A stretch of 45,204 nt of DNA from a virus: the IMG/VR virus record IMGVR_UViG_3300009702_000036, positions 1 through 45,204 of that record. The stretch is one strand, 5' to 3'. The translations under genes and the position numbers were made by a program. The notes beneath the pieces are model-generated. The model searched no databases, was not told where the DNA came from, and worked only from the letters and a program-made list of their open reading frames with translations. Positions 22,645 through 31,411 of the stretch are shown piece by piece (the stretch's first letter is position 1; every line of letters begins with the position of its first letter).

Positions 22645-24669
22645 ATGCCAAAGATTGAAGCGTTTGAGAAAGCACGAGAGGAACAAGAGAAGAATGCTGA
22701 GAAGTATACTGGTGATGAAAGTGAGAAAGCTGCTCTAAAGCATTTCAATGAACGTAAAGAGCAACTAAAAGAACATCGTCGTGGACTTGGAGTTGAAGAA
22801 ATTTGGAAAGCAGCAGACAAAGCATATATTCCTCATAAGATAAAAGATGGAAAGGGTAAAAAAGTGTTAGTTAGTGATGATACATTGGGATGGAGAAGTA
22901 AACAGACAGTGCTTGGTAAAGAGGATGACTGGCAAGAAGACTCTGTACCAAGTAATCCATATATCAAAGTGCAAACTGCACTTGGTGTAATTGTAGACCA
23001 GAATCCAACAGCAATACTCAATCCATCTGCAAAAAAGTACCAGAAGAATAGTGACTTGATGAGCAACTTGTACCATAGGTCATGGGAGATTGCTCATTCA
23101 AAGTCTGCTTGTTTGAAGCCTATGGTGTTCAATGCTGCAAAGTATGGAACAGGTATTGGTCGTACATTCCCTCTCACCATTCGTCGTCCAGCTCGTGAGA
23201 TAACAAACTACAATCCTGCAGACAAGAGCAAGAATACATATGATGAGAGAGAACATGTGTACTTCAATGATGTGTATCGACAATCGATGAGTCCTTGGCA
23301 GGTGTGGATTGATGATAGTTATCGAGTTGGAGATCCATTCAGCTTCAATGATAACATGTTCTATGTAGATTATCCATGGACACAATTTGTAAGCCAATTT
23401 GGACATCTTGAGAACTTCAAGAAGTATGTGAAACCTCAGAAGAGAATTGTTACAGATGATGGAGAAATGACTATTCCAACTAATGATGAGCAGAAAAGAG
23501 TAGCTAAGTACATGGAGCGAGTTTGGTTCTATGAGAACATGGAACTTGATTTGTTATTTGTCATGACTAATGACAACATACCTCTTATTGTTGAACCATT
23601 GCCACAGAAGATTGAGAGTAAAGCTCTAAGTATTTGGGTGGCACCTTGGACACTACGAGATGACAAGTCACCATATGGTATTGGTGTGTATGAAGCAATG
23701 CGAAATGATCATAAGATGCACATGAAGATCAGAAATATGACTATTGACCAGTTGGTGCTGTCAATTTATAAAGAGTTTTTCTACTCTGGTAGTGACAAAC
23801 TTCATGGAGATGGGCAAATGAAGATAAAACCAGGAGCAGGTCGTCAAGTTAATGATCCAAAGTCAATTGTGTGGAATGATATCCCAGGACCAGGACGAGA
23901 TGCTTGGGAAGGAATTGACAGAGCTCAAAAAGCAATTGATGATAGCTCAGGTATAACACCAGCAATAGTTGGAGAGATAACAGGCAAGACTGCATTCGAA
24001 GTACAGCAAGCTCGTGAGTCTGCTCTTAAAAGATTGAAGACTCCATTGGACAATATCAATGATGCTCTTGAGCGTGATGCTGCAATCTCTCTTGCTCTTA
24101 TAGAAGATTTGTACTCTGTTCCTAAAATAAAACTTGTTGCAGAGGATAGATATATTGAAGCATTCGAACTGTCTGAAATGCAGAATGGTGATAACTTTGA
24201 TGATGGTAATGTTCAGGAAGAATTTCGTGAGGTGCCTGTTAACTTAGAACGAGATGATGCTACAGGAGAAATAACCCAAACTGATGAACAGAACTTTTTC
24301 CAACTAAAGCCAGATGACTTGCACTGGGAAGGTATTGTGAAGATAAAGGGACAATCAATCATTGCTAATAGTGAGTTACTTGAACGAGTGACTGTTCAAG
24401 AACTTAGCAACATTCTCTTACAATTCTTCCAGTTTCCACCTGAGTTGGCACTCAAGCCAGCAAAAGAGATTGTGAAAAGTTATGACAAGGATCCTAAAGA
24501 GTGGCTGCCTGATGTCTGGTTGAATCCTCCACAGCAAGTACCACCAGAGCAAAACAATTCAACAGACAACCAAGGTGAACCTGTGTTTGTTGATGCTGGA
24601 ACTAAACAACCAGCTCAACAGTCAGCTCAACAACCAACTTCACAGCAGGCAGGAGCAAACTTAGGATAG
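22645..24669 (+). CDS. portal protein (by size and position)
   Basis: 674-aa ORF immediately after terL/GroES-like; Gln-rich C-terminal tail; no motif-level proof. Confidence 0.6.
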   Translation: MPKIEAFEKAREEQEKNAEKYTGDESEKAALKHFNERKEQLKEHRRGLGVEEIWKAADKAYIPHKIKDGKGKKVLVSDDTLGWRSKQTVLGKEDDWQEDSVPSNPYIKVQTALGVIVDQNPTAILNPSAKKYQKNSDLMSNLYHRSWEIAHSKSACLKPMVFNAAKYGTGIGRTFPLTIRRPAREITNYNPADKSKNTYDEREHVYFNDVYRQSMSPWQVWIDDSYRVGDPFSFNDNMFYVDYPWTQFVSQFGHLENFKKYVKPQKRIVTDDGEMTIPTNDEQKRVAKYMERVWFYENMELDLLFVMTNDNIPLIVEPLPQKIESKALSIWVAPWTLRDDKSPYGIGVYEAMRNDHKMHMKIRNMTIDQLVLSIYKEFFYSGSDKLHGDGQMKIKPGAGRQVNDPKSIVWNDIPGPGRDAWEGIDRAQKAIDDSSGITPAIVGEITGKTAFEVQQARESALKRLKTPLDNINDALERDAAISLALIEDLYSVPKIKLVAEDRYIEAFELSEMQNGDNFDDGNVQEEFREVPVNLERDDATGEITQTDEQNFFQLKPDDLHWEGIVKIKGQSIIANSELLERVTVQELSNILLQFFQFPPELALKPAKEIVKSYDKDPKEWLPDVWLNPPQQVPPEQNNSTDNQGEPVFVDAGTKQPAQQSAQQPTSQQAGANLG

Positions 24670-24682
24670 ACAACCACATAGC

Positions 24683-24901
24683 ATGGAACAAGACATTAAC
24701 AGTATAAAAAGAATAGTAAAGGATGACAGATTATTTGCAGCATTGATCGATGTTTCTAATAGATTGATATACAATTGGGAAAGTCAAAGTTGTTTGCGAT
24801 CCACTGTTGATGAGACTGCATTGCTTACTGCAACCAAAGAAGCAAAGATAGCAGGTGTTAAAGCTCTATTGAAAGAATTAGAAGAACTAGCTAACAAGTA
24901 G
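24683..24901 (+). CDS. hypothetical protein
   Basis: 72-aa ORF in the head module. Confidence 0.55.
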   Translation: MEQDINSIKRIVKDDRLFAALIDVSNRLIYNWESQSCLRSTVDETALLTATKEAKIAGVKALLKELEELANK

Positions 24902-24902
24902 C

Positions 24903-25304
24903 ATGAAGAAAAAAAGAACGCAAGTAGGACTGGACGACTTTAGTGGGCAAGGAAATAATCCTGTATTCGAACTTAATTGGAATACATTGGCTAAAAAGAA
25001 AGGATTGTTACGTATCACAGTAGGAGGCAAAGAGTGTATCGTTAGCAAAGAGCAGTTGTGGACAGTTTTATTTATGCTTGGAAATGCAAAGGAGCAGGAT
25101 GCTCTTGTTAGTCCATTTGTGAAGCAAACGCCAGTGACAAAGTTTACAAAGATGATTGGAGTTACTGCACAGAAAATTGTACATCCAGGAGAAATGATAA
25201 ATGTTCTTTTGGAGATAACGTATGAACCAGGATCTAATACAATGCATATTGGAAAGGGTTCTTTGTATGGTCTTAAGAAGAAAGTGGTCGGTGTATCTTC
25301 TTAG
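24903..25304 (+). CDS. hypothetical protein
   Basis: 133-aa ORF, start 1 nt after the upstream stop. Confidence 0.6.
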   Translation: MKKKRTQVGLDDFSGQGNNPVFELNWNTLAKKKGLLRITVGGKECIVSKEQLWTVLFMLGNAKEQDALVSPFVKQTPVTKFTKMIGVTAQKIVHPGEMINVLLEITYEPGSNTMHIGKGSLYGLKKKVVGVSS

Positions 25305-25320
25305 AAATTATTATAACATA

Positions 25321-25353
25321 TTCTCTCCACTTCAAGAGAGTGTAAACTGAAGC
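25321..25353 (+). promoter_or_regulatory. conserved 33-nt leader element, copy 1 (pseudoknot-capable)
   Basis: ttctctccacttcaagagagtgtaaactgaagc, 12 nt upstream of ATG 25366; near-identical copy at 26541. Confidence 0.6.
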
Positions 25354-25365
25354 TAAACATAAAAT

Positions 25366-25905
25366 ATGTCAAAAAATAAAAAAGAAAAAAAGATGACACA
25401 GAGTGAGAAGCTTGATGCTGTCATTGAAGGACAAAATAAAGTTGTTGAAGGAATGAATACTCTTGCAACAGCACTTACTAAGATGATTGAGAATACTCCA
25501 CAAGCAGTTGGAAAGGAAGAGATGACAAAGCCTGTTGGAAATTCTGTTGTCAACAGGCCAGAAAACGAGGATGAAACTCGTCCTACATCATATGTACCAG
25601 CTGCATTCAGACGAGTGGTGAATGAAGTGCTCTCTGAAGATTTTGGTATTCGTGTAACAGACTTTGAAGATAGTACAGACTTTATGGTAGACATCATTGT
25701 TCCTGAAAAGTACAGCTCACTAACAGACAGAGATAAAAAGATGGGTGTTGAAGATATTAGGAGTCGAATAATACCTAGAGCATTAGGAGAGAATGGTGTT
25801 CGTAACTGGTGTATCAAGATTCGTGATAATCTTAGCAAGTATTATGGAGCAGCTGGAGTACAATCTCCATTTAGCATTGGTAATGATGAAACACCACGTA
25901 TATGA
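25366..25905 (+). CDS. hypothetical head-module protein
   Basis: 179-aa ORF; basic N-terminus. Confidence 0.6.
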   Translation: MSKNKKEKKMTQSEKLDAVIEGQNKVVEGMNTLATALTKMIENTPQAVGKEEMTKPVGNSVVNRPENEDETRPTSYVPAAFRRVVNEVLSEDFGIRVTDFEDSTDFMVDIIVPEKYSSLTDRDKKMGVEDIRSRIIPRALGENGVRNWCIKIRDNLSKYYGAAGVQSPFSIGNDETPRI

Positions 25906-26426
25906 TCAAATTCAAAATAAAACGTAATGAGTGTAGGAAGTTGATTGAGGTGATAAGAGCTATCAGCAATAGAAATAAGGGAGATTTTAAGACTCTTATA
26001 AAGCTGATAAATGGAATGAATGACTTAATCGATGCAAACAAGGAATATATTGACAGATTTGCTAAGATTATGGAAGCTCGTCAGACTCTCATTGATGTAG
26101 GGACAAGAAAGGTGTCAGAATACAGAGGAAAACTGTTGGAATCCATAGAAAATGGTGAAAAAGTTGATGCTGAGAAGAAAAAAGAGTTCGATTCTTTCCA
26201 ACAAATGGTTGTTGCACAAGTGAATGATGAATTGGGGAATGAAATAGTGCCAAGAATACGACAATTAGACAGTGAACTTGGCTCTGAAGAGATCGAGGTG
26301 GAACTTGGTGATGATAAAACAAAGTATATAATGGAAGCTCTTGAGTCTCATGGCTGTGAGCATGAAAGTTCGGAGTTGATAACTAAGTTATACACCATTT
26401 TGAGTTCTGGGCAAAAAGAGGTTTAA
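25902..26426 (+). CDS. hypothetical coiled-coil-type protein
   Basis: 174-aa ORF, ATGA-coupled to the upstream gene; Glu/Lys-rich. Confidence 0.6.
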   Translation: MIKFKIKRNECRKLIEVIRAISNRNKGDFKTLIKLINGMNDLIDANKEYIDRFAKIMEARQTLIDVGTRKVSEYRGKLLESIENGEKVDAEKKKEFDSFQQMVVAQVNDELGNEIVPRIRQLDSELGSEEIEVELGDDKTKYIMEALESHGCEHESSELITKLYTILSSGQKEV

Positions 26427-26461
26427 TTAATAGTAAGTTCTTTGATAGAATTGACATTTGT

Positions 26462-26520
26462 TAGAGAGGTGAATATGACATTTGTGCTGGGAAACCATGA
26501 ATGTCACATTTACCTCTCTA
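26462..26520 (+). promoter_or_regulatory. long imperfect hairpin (21-nt arms) in the intergenic region
   Basis: tagagaggtgaatatgacatt (26462-82) pairs with aatgtcacatttacctctcta (26500-20); one G-U and one A-C position. Confidence 0.55.
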
Positions 26521-26541
26521 GTAGAGGTGTCAGTTTTGTTT
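26512..26541 (+). terminator. small terminator-like hairpin sharing its 5' arm with the long hairpin
   Basis: acctct (26512-17) / agaggt (26523-28), loop ctagt, then gtcagTTTTgTTTT. Confidence 0.45.
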
Positions 26542-26573
26542 TCTCTCCACTTCACGAGAGTATAAAGTTGAAG
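26541..26573 (+). promoter_or_regulatory. conserved 33-nt leader element, copy 2
   Basis: ttctctccacttcacgagagtataaagttgaag, 8 nt upstream of ATG 26582. Confidence 0.6.
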
Positions 26574-26581
26574 AAAAACAT

Positions 26582-27487
26582 ATGACAAAACTAAAAATAG
26601 GAGACGAGTTCTCTGATGATGGTGATCCAATTGAACCATCAGAAGTAGAAGAAGCAACAATAGATGATGATGGCACTCCATCTGATGTCCAAAACCAAAC
26701 TGGCAATGAACCAGAAGAAGTTGAGGAGGAAGAGTCTGATGATGTGGAAGTCTCCACAAAAGATCCTGATGAGGAATTGCCTGATGATGATGCTAAAGTA
26801 CGAGAGTTGCAAGGTCTTCGTAAGACAGAGGAAGAGCTTGGAAATGACTTGAGTGACTTGGACATCCAGATTCAGTCAGCCAGAGAGCGAATCGTTTCAA
26901 AACGACAAGCTCGAAGAACTCGCAGAGATCTAATACAAACAATTGGAACCAAGACAGATGATGCAGAAGAACAAGATGATCTTTCTGACATTGATGAAGA
27001 ACAAATACAGCTCTTTGAAAGAATCGCAAAGTCTCGTGGATATATTCCTAAGACAGAGTTTGAAGCACAGAGGTTTGAGACTGCTCGTAAAAGTGCTCAA
27101 AAGGAATTTGTCAAGGAACATCCAGAGTATCATGTAAACAATGATACTGAAGATATTCTTTTTACTGCACTTCAAAAGGAACTATCAAAATATGTAGTTC
27201 CAGAAGATCCTGATGAGATATCAGAACGCTTTGAAGATGCACATGAGAAAGTAATGAAGAAATATCCTGAGCGATTCTCAAAAAAGAAAGTTGTAACTAA
27301 GCAGCAAGTTGCTGCACAATCAAGAATGAAAGTTGCATCAGCAGGTTCAAAAACACCATCTGCTCCTCAGTCTAAAGTTGCCAAAAAAATGAGTGCAGAA
27401 GCTGCTGAAGTCTTAACAGATGAACGCATACAAATTCTAAAAAACTCAGGTTGGTCAGACAAGGACATCGAGGAATTGCAAGATTAA
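26582..27487 (+). CDS. putative scaffolding protein
   Basis: 301 aa; very acidic N-terminus; charged helical body; position just upstream of the capsid genes. Confidence 0.4.
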   Translation: MTKLKIGDEFSDDGDPIEPSEVEEATIDDDGTPSDVQNQTGNEPEEVEEEESDDVEVSTKDPDEELPDDDAKVRELQGLRKTEEELGNDLSDLDIQIQSARERIVSKRQARRTRRDLIQTIGTKTDDAEEQDDLSDIDEEQIQLFERIAKSRGYIPKTEFEAQRFETARKSAQKEFVKEHPEYHVNNDTEDILFTALQKELSKYVVPEDPDEISERFEDAHEKVMKKYPERFSKKKVVTKQQVAAQSRMKVASAGSKTPSAPQSKVAKKMSAEAAEVLTDERIQILKNSGWSDKDIEELQD

Positions 27488-27499
27488 TTTACAACATCC

Positions 27500-27940
27500 A
27501 TGACTGGATTTGAAATTGTAAAAGATGATAAGGACAAGGGATTCGATCTTCTTCCTATTTCATCTATTACGGTTGCCAAGGGTGATTTGCTCATGCTAGC
27601 TGTAGGTGCCACAACGTGGATACTAGCTACAGCAGCAGCAGAGCACTGGCAGAGGAAGGCAATTGCTCAAGAAGCAGCTACCACCTCTGACTCATTCGTT
27701 AAGGCAGTAGAGCTTGATGGTTCAGAACTAGTAAAGGCTGGTTCAACAAACAACAGCAATGCTGCTCACAATGGTGATCGTATGCTCCTCACAGATGAGG
27801 ACCAAGTGAATAACACTGGTACTGATAGTACTGCTGAAGAGGCAGGATTCCTTCAGACTGGTGTTGTTGGTGCAGCTGCGGATAAAACTATCCTCGGTCA
27901 TGTATTAGTAGGTAGTGGTGTCAATCCTGACGCTGCATAA
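27500..27940 (+). CDS. hypothetical head protein (possible decoration/cement protein)
   Basis: 146-aa ORF between the scaffold-like and capsid genes. Confidence 0.35.
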   Translation: MTGFEIVKDDKDKGFDLLPISSITVAKGDLLMLAVGATTWILATAAAEHWQRKAIAQEAATTSDSFVKAVELDGSELVKAGSTNNSNAAHNGDRMLLTDEDQVNNTGTDSTAEEAGFLQTGVVGAAADKTILGHVLVGSGVNPDAA

Positions 27941-27951
27941 TCGCAAGTAAC

Positions 27952-28959
27952 ATGAGTACTCCTCTTTCACTCGGTGACGCAGTTGACCTCACAGATCTTG
28001 CGATTCAGAAAATCTTTCTGAAGCAGAGCAAGATTGAGAAGACAACTTATTACGATAAGTACTTCAACAAGGTAACTGGAGTAACTGATTACTACAGTAA
28101 GGATTCAAGTCTTTCTGGTCTTGGAAAGGCAGCTCGTATAACAGAGAATGCTGTTATCACGAGTGAAGTCCCAGTACAGGGATATGATAAGACCTATACT
28201 CAAGTTGAGTATGGTAAGTTGATGCCAGTAACCAAACAAATGTGGAAGTTTGGCATCAAGAAACGAGATCTTGAGCGTGTTGTTCAGGCTCTTATTTCAG
28301 CTTGTGAACGCAAGCGAGAGTCGCTATGTGCAGCTAGGCTAGACAATGGTTTTGGAACAAGCTACACAGAAGTAGACGACTCAGGAAACTACACAGTTTC
28401 TACAACAGGTGGTGATGGTGCTGCTGCATTCAGTGCATCTCACACTCGGGAAGATGGTGGTACCAACTGGAACAATATTGTGACAGATGGTACAGATACC
28501 AACATGGACTTTGAATATGATGCTATCAAGGCAGTGTATCGCACAGCATCTTTGATCAAAGATCCTAAGGGTGTTGACATGGACATCAATCCCAATCTCT
28601 TTATCTTCAAGAAGGGTACAGCGAATTACTTCCGCGCTCGTGAGATTCGTGGTGCTGTTCGTGCTGGAGGTAAAAGTTCTATTCCTAACAGTGCAAACAA
28701 TGATGCTGCTGGCATTGATGACTTCGAGATCCTTGCACTTCCATGGATCGAGACTAACACTGCGTACTGGTTTGCTTTAGACACATCGATGAAGAATGAT
28801 GAATATGGCTTTCAGTACAAGGAATCACAAGGTATTCAGCTGGAAGGTCCAAATGTTGTCTTTAAGACTGGTGAGATGCAGTACAAGGCAACAATGATGT
28901 TTGACATCGGTCACAATGATGCTCGCAATCTTCAAGGTTCTAAGAATGATAATTCTTAG
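27952..28959 (+). CDS. major capsid protein (HK97-fold type, inferred)
   Basis: 335 aa; position after the scaffold-like gene; overall pattern and C-terminal ...MMFDIGHNDARNLQGS resemble Mu gpT-type capsid proteins. Confidence 0.7.
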   Translation: MSTPLSLGDAVDLTDLAIQKIFLKQSKIEKTTYYDKYFNKVTGVTDYYSKDSSLSGLGKAARITENAVITSEVPVQGYDKTYTQVEYGKLMPVTKQMWKFGIKKRDLERVVQALISACERKRESLCAARLDNGFGTSYTEVDDSGNYTVSTTGGDGAAAFSASHTREDGGTNWNNIVTDGTDTNMDFEYDAIKAVYRTASLIKDPKGVDMDINPNLFIFKKGTANYFRAREIRGAVRAGGKSSIPNSANNDAAGIDDFEILALPWIETNTAYWFALDTSMKNDEYGFQYKESQGIQLEGPNVVFKTGEMQYKATMMFDIGHNDARNLQGSKNDNS

Positions 28960-28984
28960 ATTTAGCAACTAACTAAGAATCAAT

Positions 28985-29290
28985 ATGAAATTGACTCTAC
29001 CACTGTTTGTTGCACTTGCAGCATTAGTTGTGTCTGTAGTTGCAGTCTTCTCAGTAAATACTGCTTCTTTTGGAGGAGTAGGAGATTCCAACTTCACCAA
29101 CGTTGTTGCTTCTGGTGACTTGACAGCTGGTGATGATATCACTGCTGGAGATAATGTGCTATTCACATCAGCAGCTGGATGCATGCAGTTTGCTCCAACG
29201 AGCACAGCTACATATGTCAAGATTGTTGCATCAACTACAGCACCAACTGGAGAGAATCCATTCTATGCTGTGTATGGAACTTGTAACTAG
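28985..29290 (+). CDS. small protein with N-terminal hydrophobic (signal/anchor-like) helix
   Basis: 101 aa; MKLTLPLFVALAALVVSVVAVFSV... Confidence 0.6.
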   Translation: MKLTLPLFVALAALVVSVVAVFSVNTASFGGVGDSNFTNVVASGDLTAGDDITAGDNVLFTSAAGCMQFAPTSTATYVKIVASTTAPTGENPFYAVYGTCN

Positions 29291-29301
29291 TAACTAAAGC
29301 T

Positions 29302-30159
29302 ATGTCTGATACATTACCAAAAGTGCTAGGAGGATTGCAACCAACCCAGAGGGATGGTCGTGACTTCAAGCTTGGTAATGTAACAAAGTTCCCTTCTCTT
29401 AAGGAGCTTCCAGTATTCTTTGATTTAGGTGAGAAGCAACTGGTCAACCAAATTGGTGATTTTTGTACAGGAGCAGCAACTTGTGCTGCTTCTGCACTTC
29501 AAGAAGGAGTGCCATTGAGTTGGAAGTATTCAATGGCACTTTCGAAGGAATTGACAGGAGATCCTAACTCTTGGGGACAACAAATTCGTCCTGCAATGCT
29601 CACTCATATAAAAATGGGTGCCATTGAATTGAATGAATCTCCATATGAGGAGAATGACACTGTCTCATTCCTAAGAAACATCAAGAACTGGCCAAACCAT
29701 TTGAAGATCCTAGCAAGGAAACATATGAAGAAAAGTGTGTTCTTTGTAAATGGTCCTTATGATCATTACGACAACATACGAGCTTCACTCTGGAAGTTCC
29801 GAAAAGAGAAGCGAGCAGTTGTTTCTGGAGTTATCTGGAATTGGAATATTAGTGATGAGATGCTTGATGAGTATAAAGAGAAAGGTACAGGACACTGTAT
29901 ACTGTATAGAGGATTCACTGAGAAAGGACTTATCATGCAAAATAGTTATGGTAGGAAAGCAGGACATAATGGATTTCACATTGTTGGTCGTGAAGTTGTT
30001 AACAGAAACTTTGAACACTTTGATGGTGCGATGTTTATTGACATTAACAAAGAAGAGGCAAAGTTTCTTCATGAAAACAGACTTCCTCTGTGGATGGAGC
30101 CATTAGTACGATTGTACAATATTATTCGCTCATATATAAAAGATTATGCTGGGAGATAG
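29302..30159 (+). CDS. papain-like (C1-type) cysteine peptidase
   Basis: 285 aa; VNQIGDFCTGAATCAAS (Gln/Cys region), GTGHCILYRGF (His198) and IMQNSYG (Asn214). The His-Asn spacing of 16 matches papain. Confidence 0.6.
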   Translation: MSDTLPKVLGGLQPTQRDGRDFKLGNVTKFPSLKELPVFFDLGEKQLVNQIGDFCTGAATCAASALQEGVPLSWKYSMALSKELTGDPNSWGQQIRPAMLTHIKMGAIELNESPYEENDTVSFLRNIKNWPNHLKILARKHMKKSVFFVNGPYDHYDNIRASLWKFRKEKRAVVSGVIWNWNISDEMLDEYKEKGTGHCILYRGFTEKGLIMQNSYGRKAGHNGFHIVGREVVNRNFEHFDGAMFIDINKEEAKFLHENRLPLWMEPLVRLYNIIRSYIKDYAGR

Positions 30160-30466
30160 AAAAGCATTTGTCAATATTGACAAGGCAACAGCAACTAAGA
30201 CTGCAGCAATTGCAGCTCCAGGAGCTGGAAAACACATTGAGATAGATCACTATAGTCTTTTGGCTGATGGAGGTGCAAATACAGTCACTCTAACATTTGG
30301 CACAACTGTTGTTATTGAAGCAGATCTACAAGCAAATGCCTCAATGGTATTTGATGCACCATTACACAATCCACTTCAAACAGGTGTTAATGAAGCATTC
30401 AACATCCAATTATCAGCTGCTACATCAGTAGTAGGATTCATAATATACCGAATTGTTGGTGAGTAA
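30146..30466 (+). CDS. hypothetical protein
   Basis: 106-aa ORF. Confidence 0.55.
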   Translation: MLGDRKAFVNIDKATATKTAAIAAPGAGKHIEIDHYSLLADGGANTVTLTFGTTVVIEADLQANASMVFDAPLHNPLQTGVNEAFNIQLSAATSVVGFIIYRIVGE

Positions 30467-30467
30467 T

Positions 30468-31115
30468 ATGGGAACACCTCCTCAAACACCAACGAGGAAT
30501 GATGCTCTTCAGAGAAAACGAATTGTTGAAGATGAAATAAAAAAGCTTGAACAGACAAAAGAGCATTTGATAAAGGAGAATGAAGATCTCCAAGCTAAGT
30601 GTGATGCTACTGTTAAAGAAGTAGAAATGAAAATATTGAAGTTTAACAAAGAACTTCAATCAAAGCAGAAAGAATTGAGAAACTCTGTTATTTCACTGAA
30701 TGAGATTAATGGTGAAATAGCAGAGCTTAAAGAAAACAAAAAAGAGTTTGAGAAAGAACTTGAACGAAATGCAGAGTGTCTTATTGAACAGTCTCAAAAG
30801 ATTGAACAGAAAAATGCTGAGCTTGAAACTTTAGCAGAAGACAAAGACAAATTCATCAAATCATTTAACAAAGAGAAAGAGAAATTGAATAAAGATCTTT
30901 GCATCATTGAAAATGAAATTGATATAGCACAAAATAATCTTGATGCTCTGAATGATGACTATATCGAAAAGTCTGAATATCTAAATGCTAGAGAAAAAGA
31001 ATTGGACAAGCGATACAATGATATTGAAGAAAAGATACAGCGATTTAAAGCATATGAACGTCGTATTAGGAGTGTTTACCAGAAACTATATCCTAACATC
31101 AAGCTACGCTCATGA
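30468..31115 (+). CDS. coiled-coil protein
   Basis: ATG 30468 lies 1 nt after the upstream stop; long Glu/Lys/Asn heptad-like sequence. Confidence 0.6.
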   Translation: MGTPPQTPTRNDALQRKRIVEDEIKKLEQTKEHLIKENEDLQAKCDATVKEVEMKILKFNKELQSKQKELRNSVISLNEINGEIAELKENKKEFEKELERNAECLIEQSQKIEQKNAELETLAEDKDKFIKSFNKEKEKLNKDLCIIENEIDIAQNNLDALNDDYIEKSEYLNAREKELDKRYNDIEEKIQRFKAYERRIRSVYQKLYPNIKLRS

Positions 31116-31411
31116 GTCATATAGATCAAGGGAATGAACTAACCCTAACAGAACTTGCAACCATTCAACAGATTGATGGAGGTGGGTATTTTATTTACAA
31201 TGAGACTCCAAGTGGAACAATCGATGGAGTGAATGCTACATTCACACTTTCCAAAACTCCTAATCCTACAGCATCTCTTACTTTGACTTTGAATGGTCAA
31301 GTTTTAATACAAGGATCTGATTATACATTGTCTGGTGACACAATCACCATGACCACCATACCATTAACAGGAATGGAACTGAAAGCTCCATTCTACACAG
31401 TAGCACCATGA
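31112..31411 (+). CDS. small structural protein (Ig-like/beta-sandwich type motif)
   Basis: 99 aa; ETPSGTIDGVNATFTLSKTP...LNGQVLIQGSDYTLSGDTITM. Confidence 0.55.
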   Translation: MSHIDQGNELTLTELATIQQIDGGGYFIYNETPSGTIDGVNATFTLSKTPNPTASLTLTLNGQVLIQGSDYTLSGDTITMTTIPLTGMELKAPFYTVAP

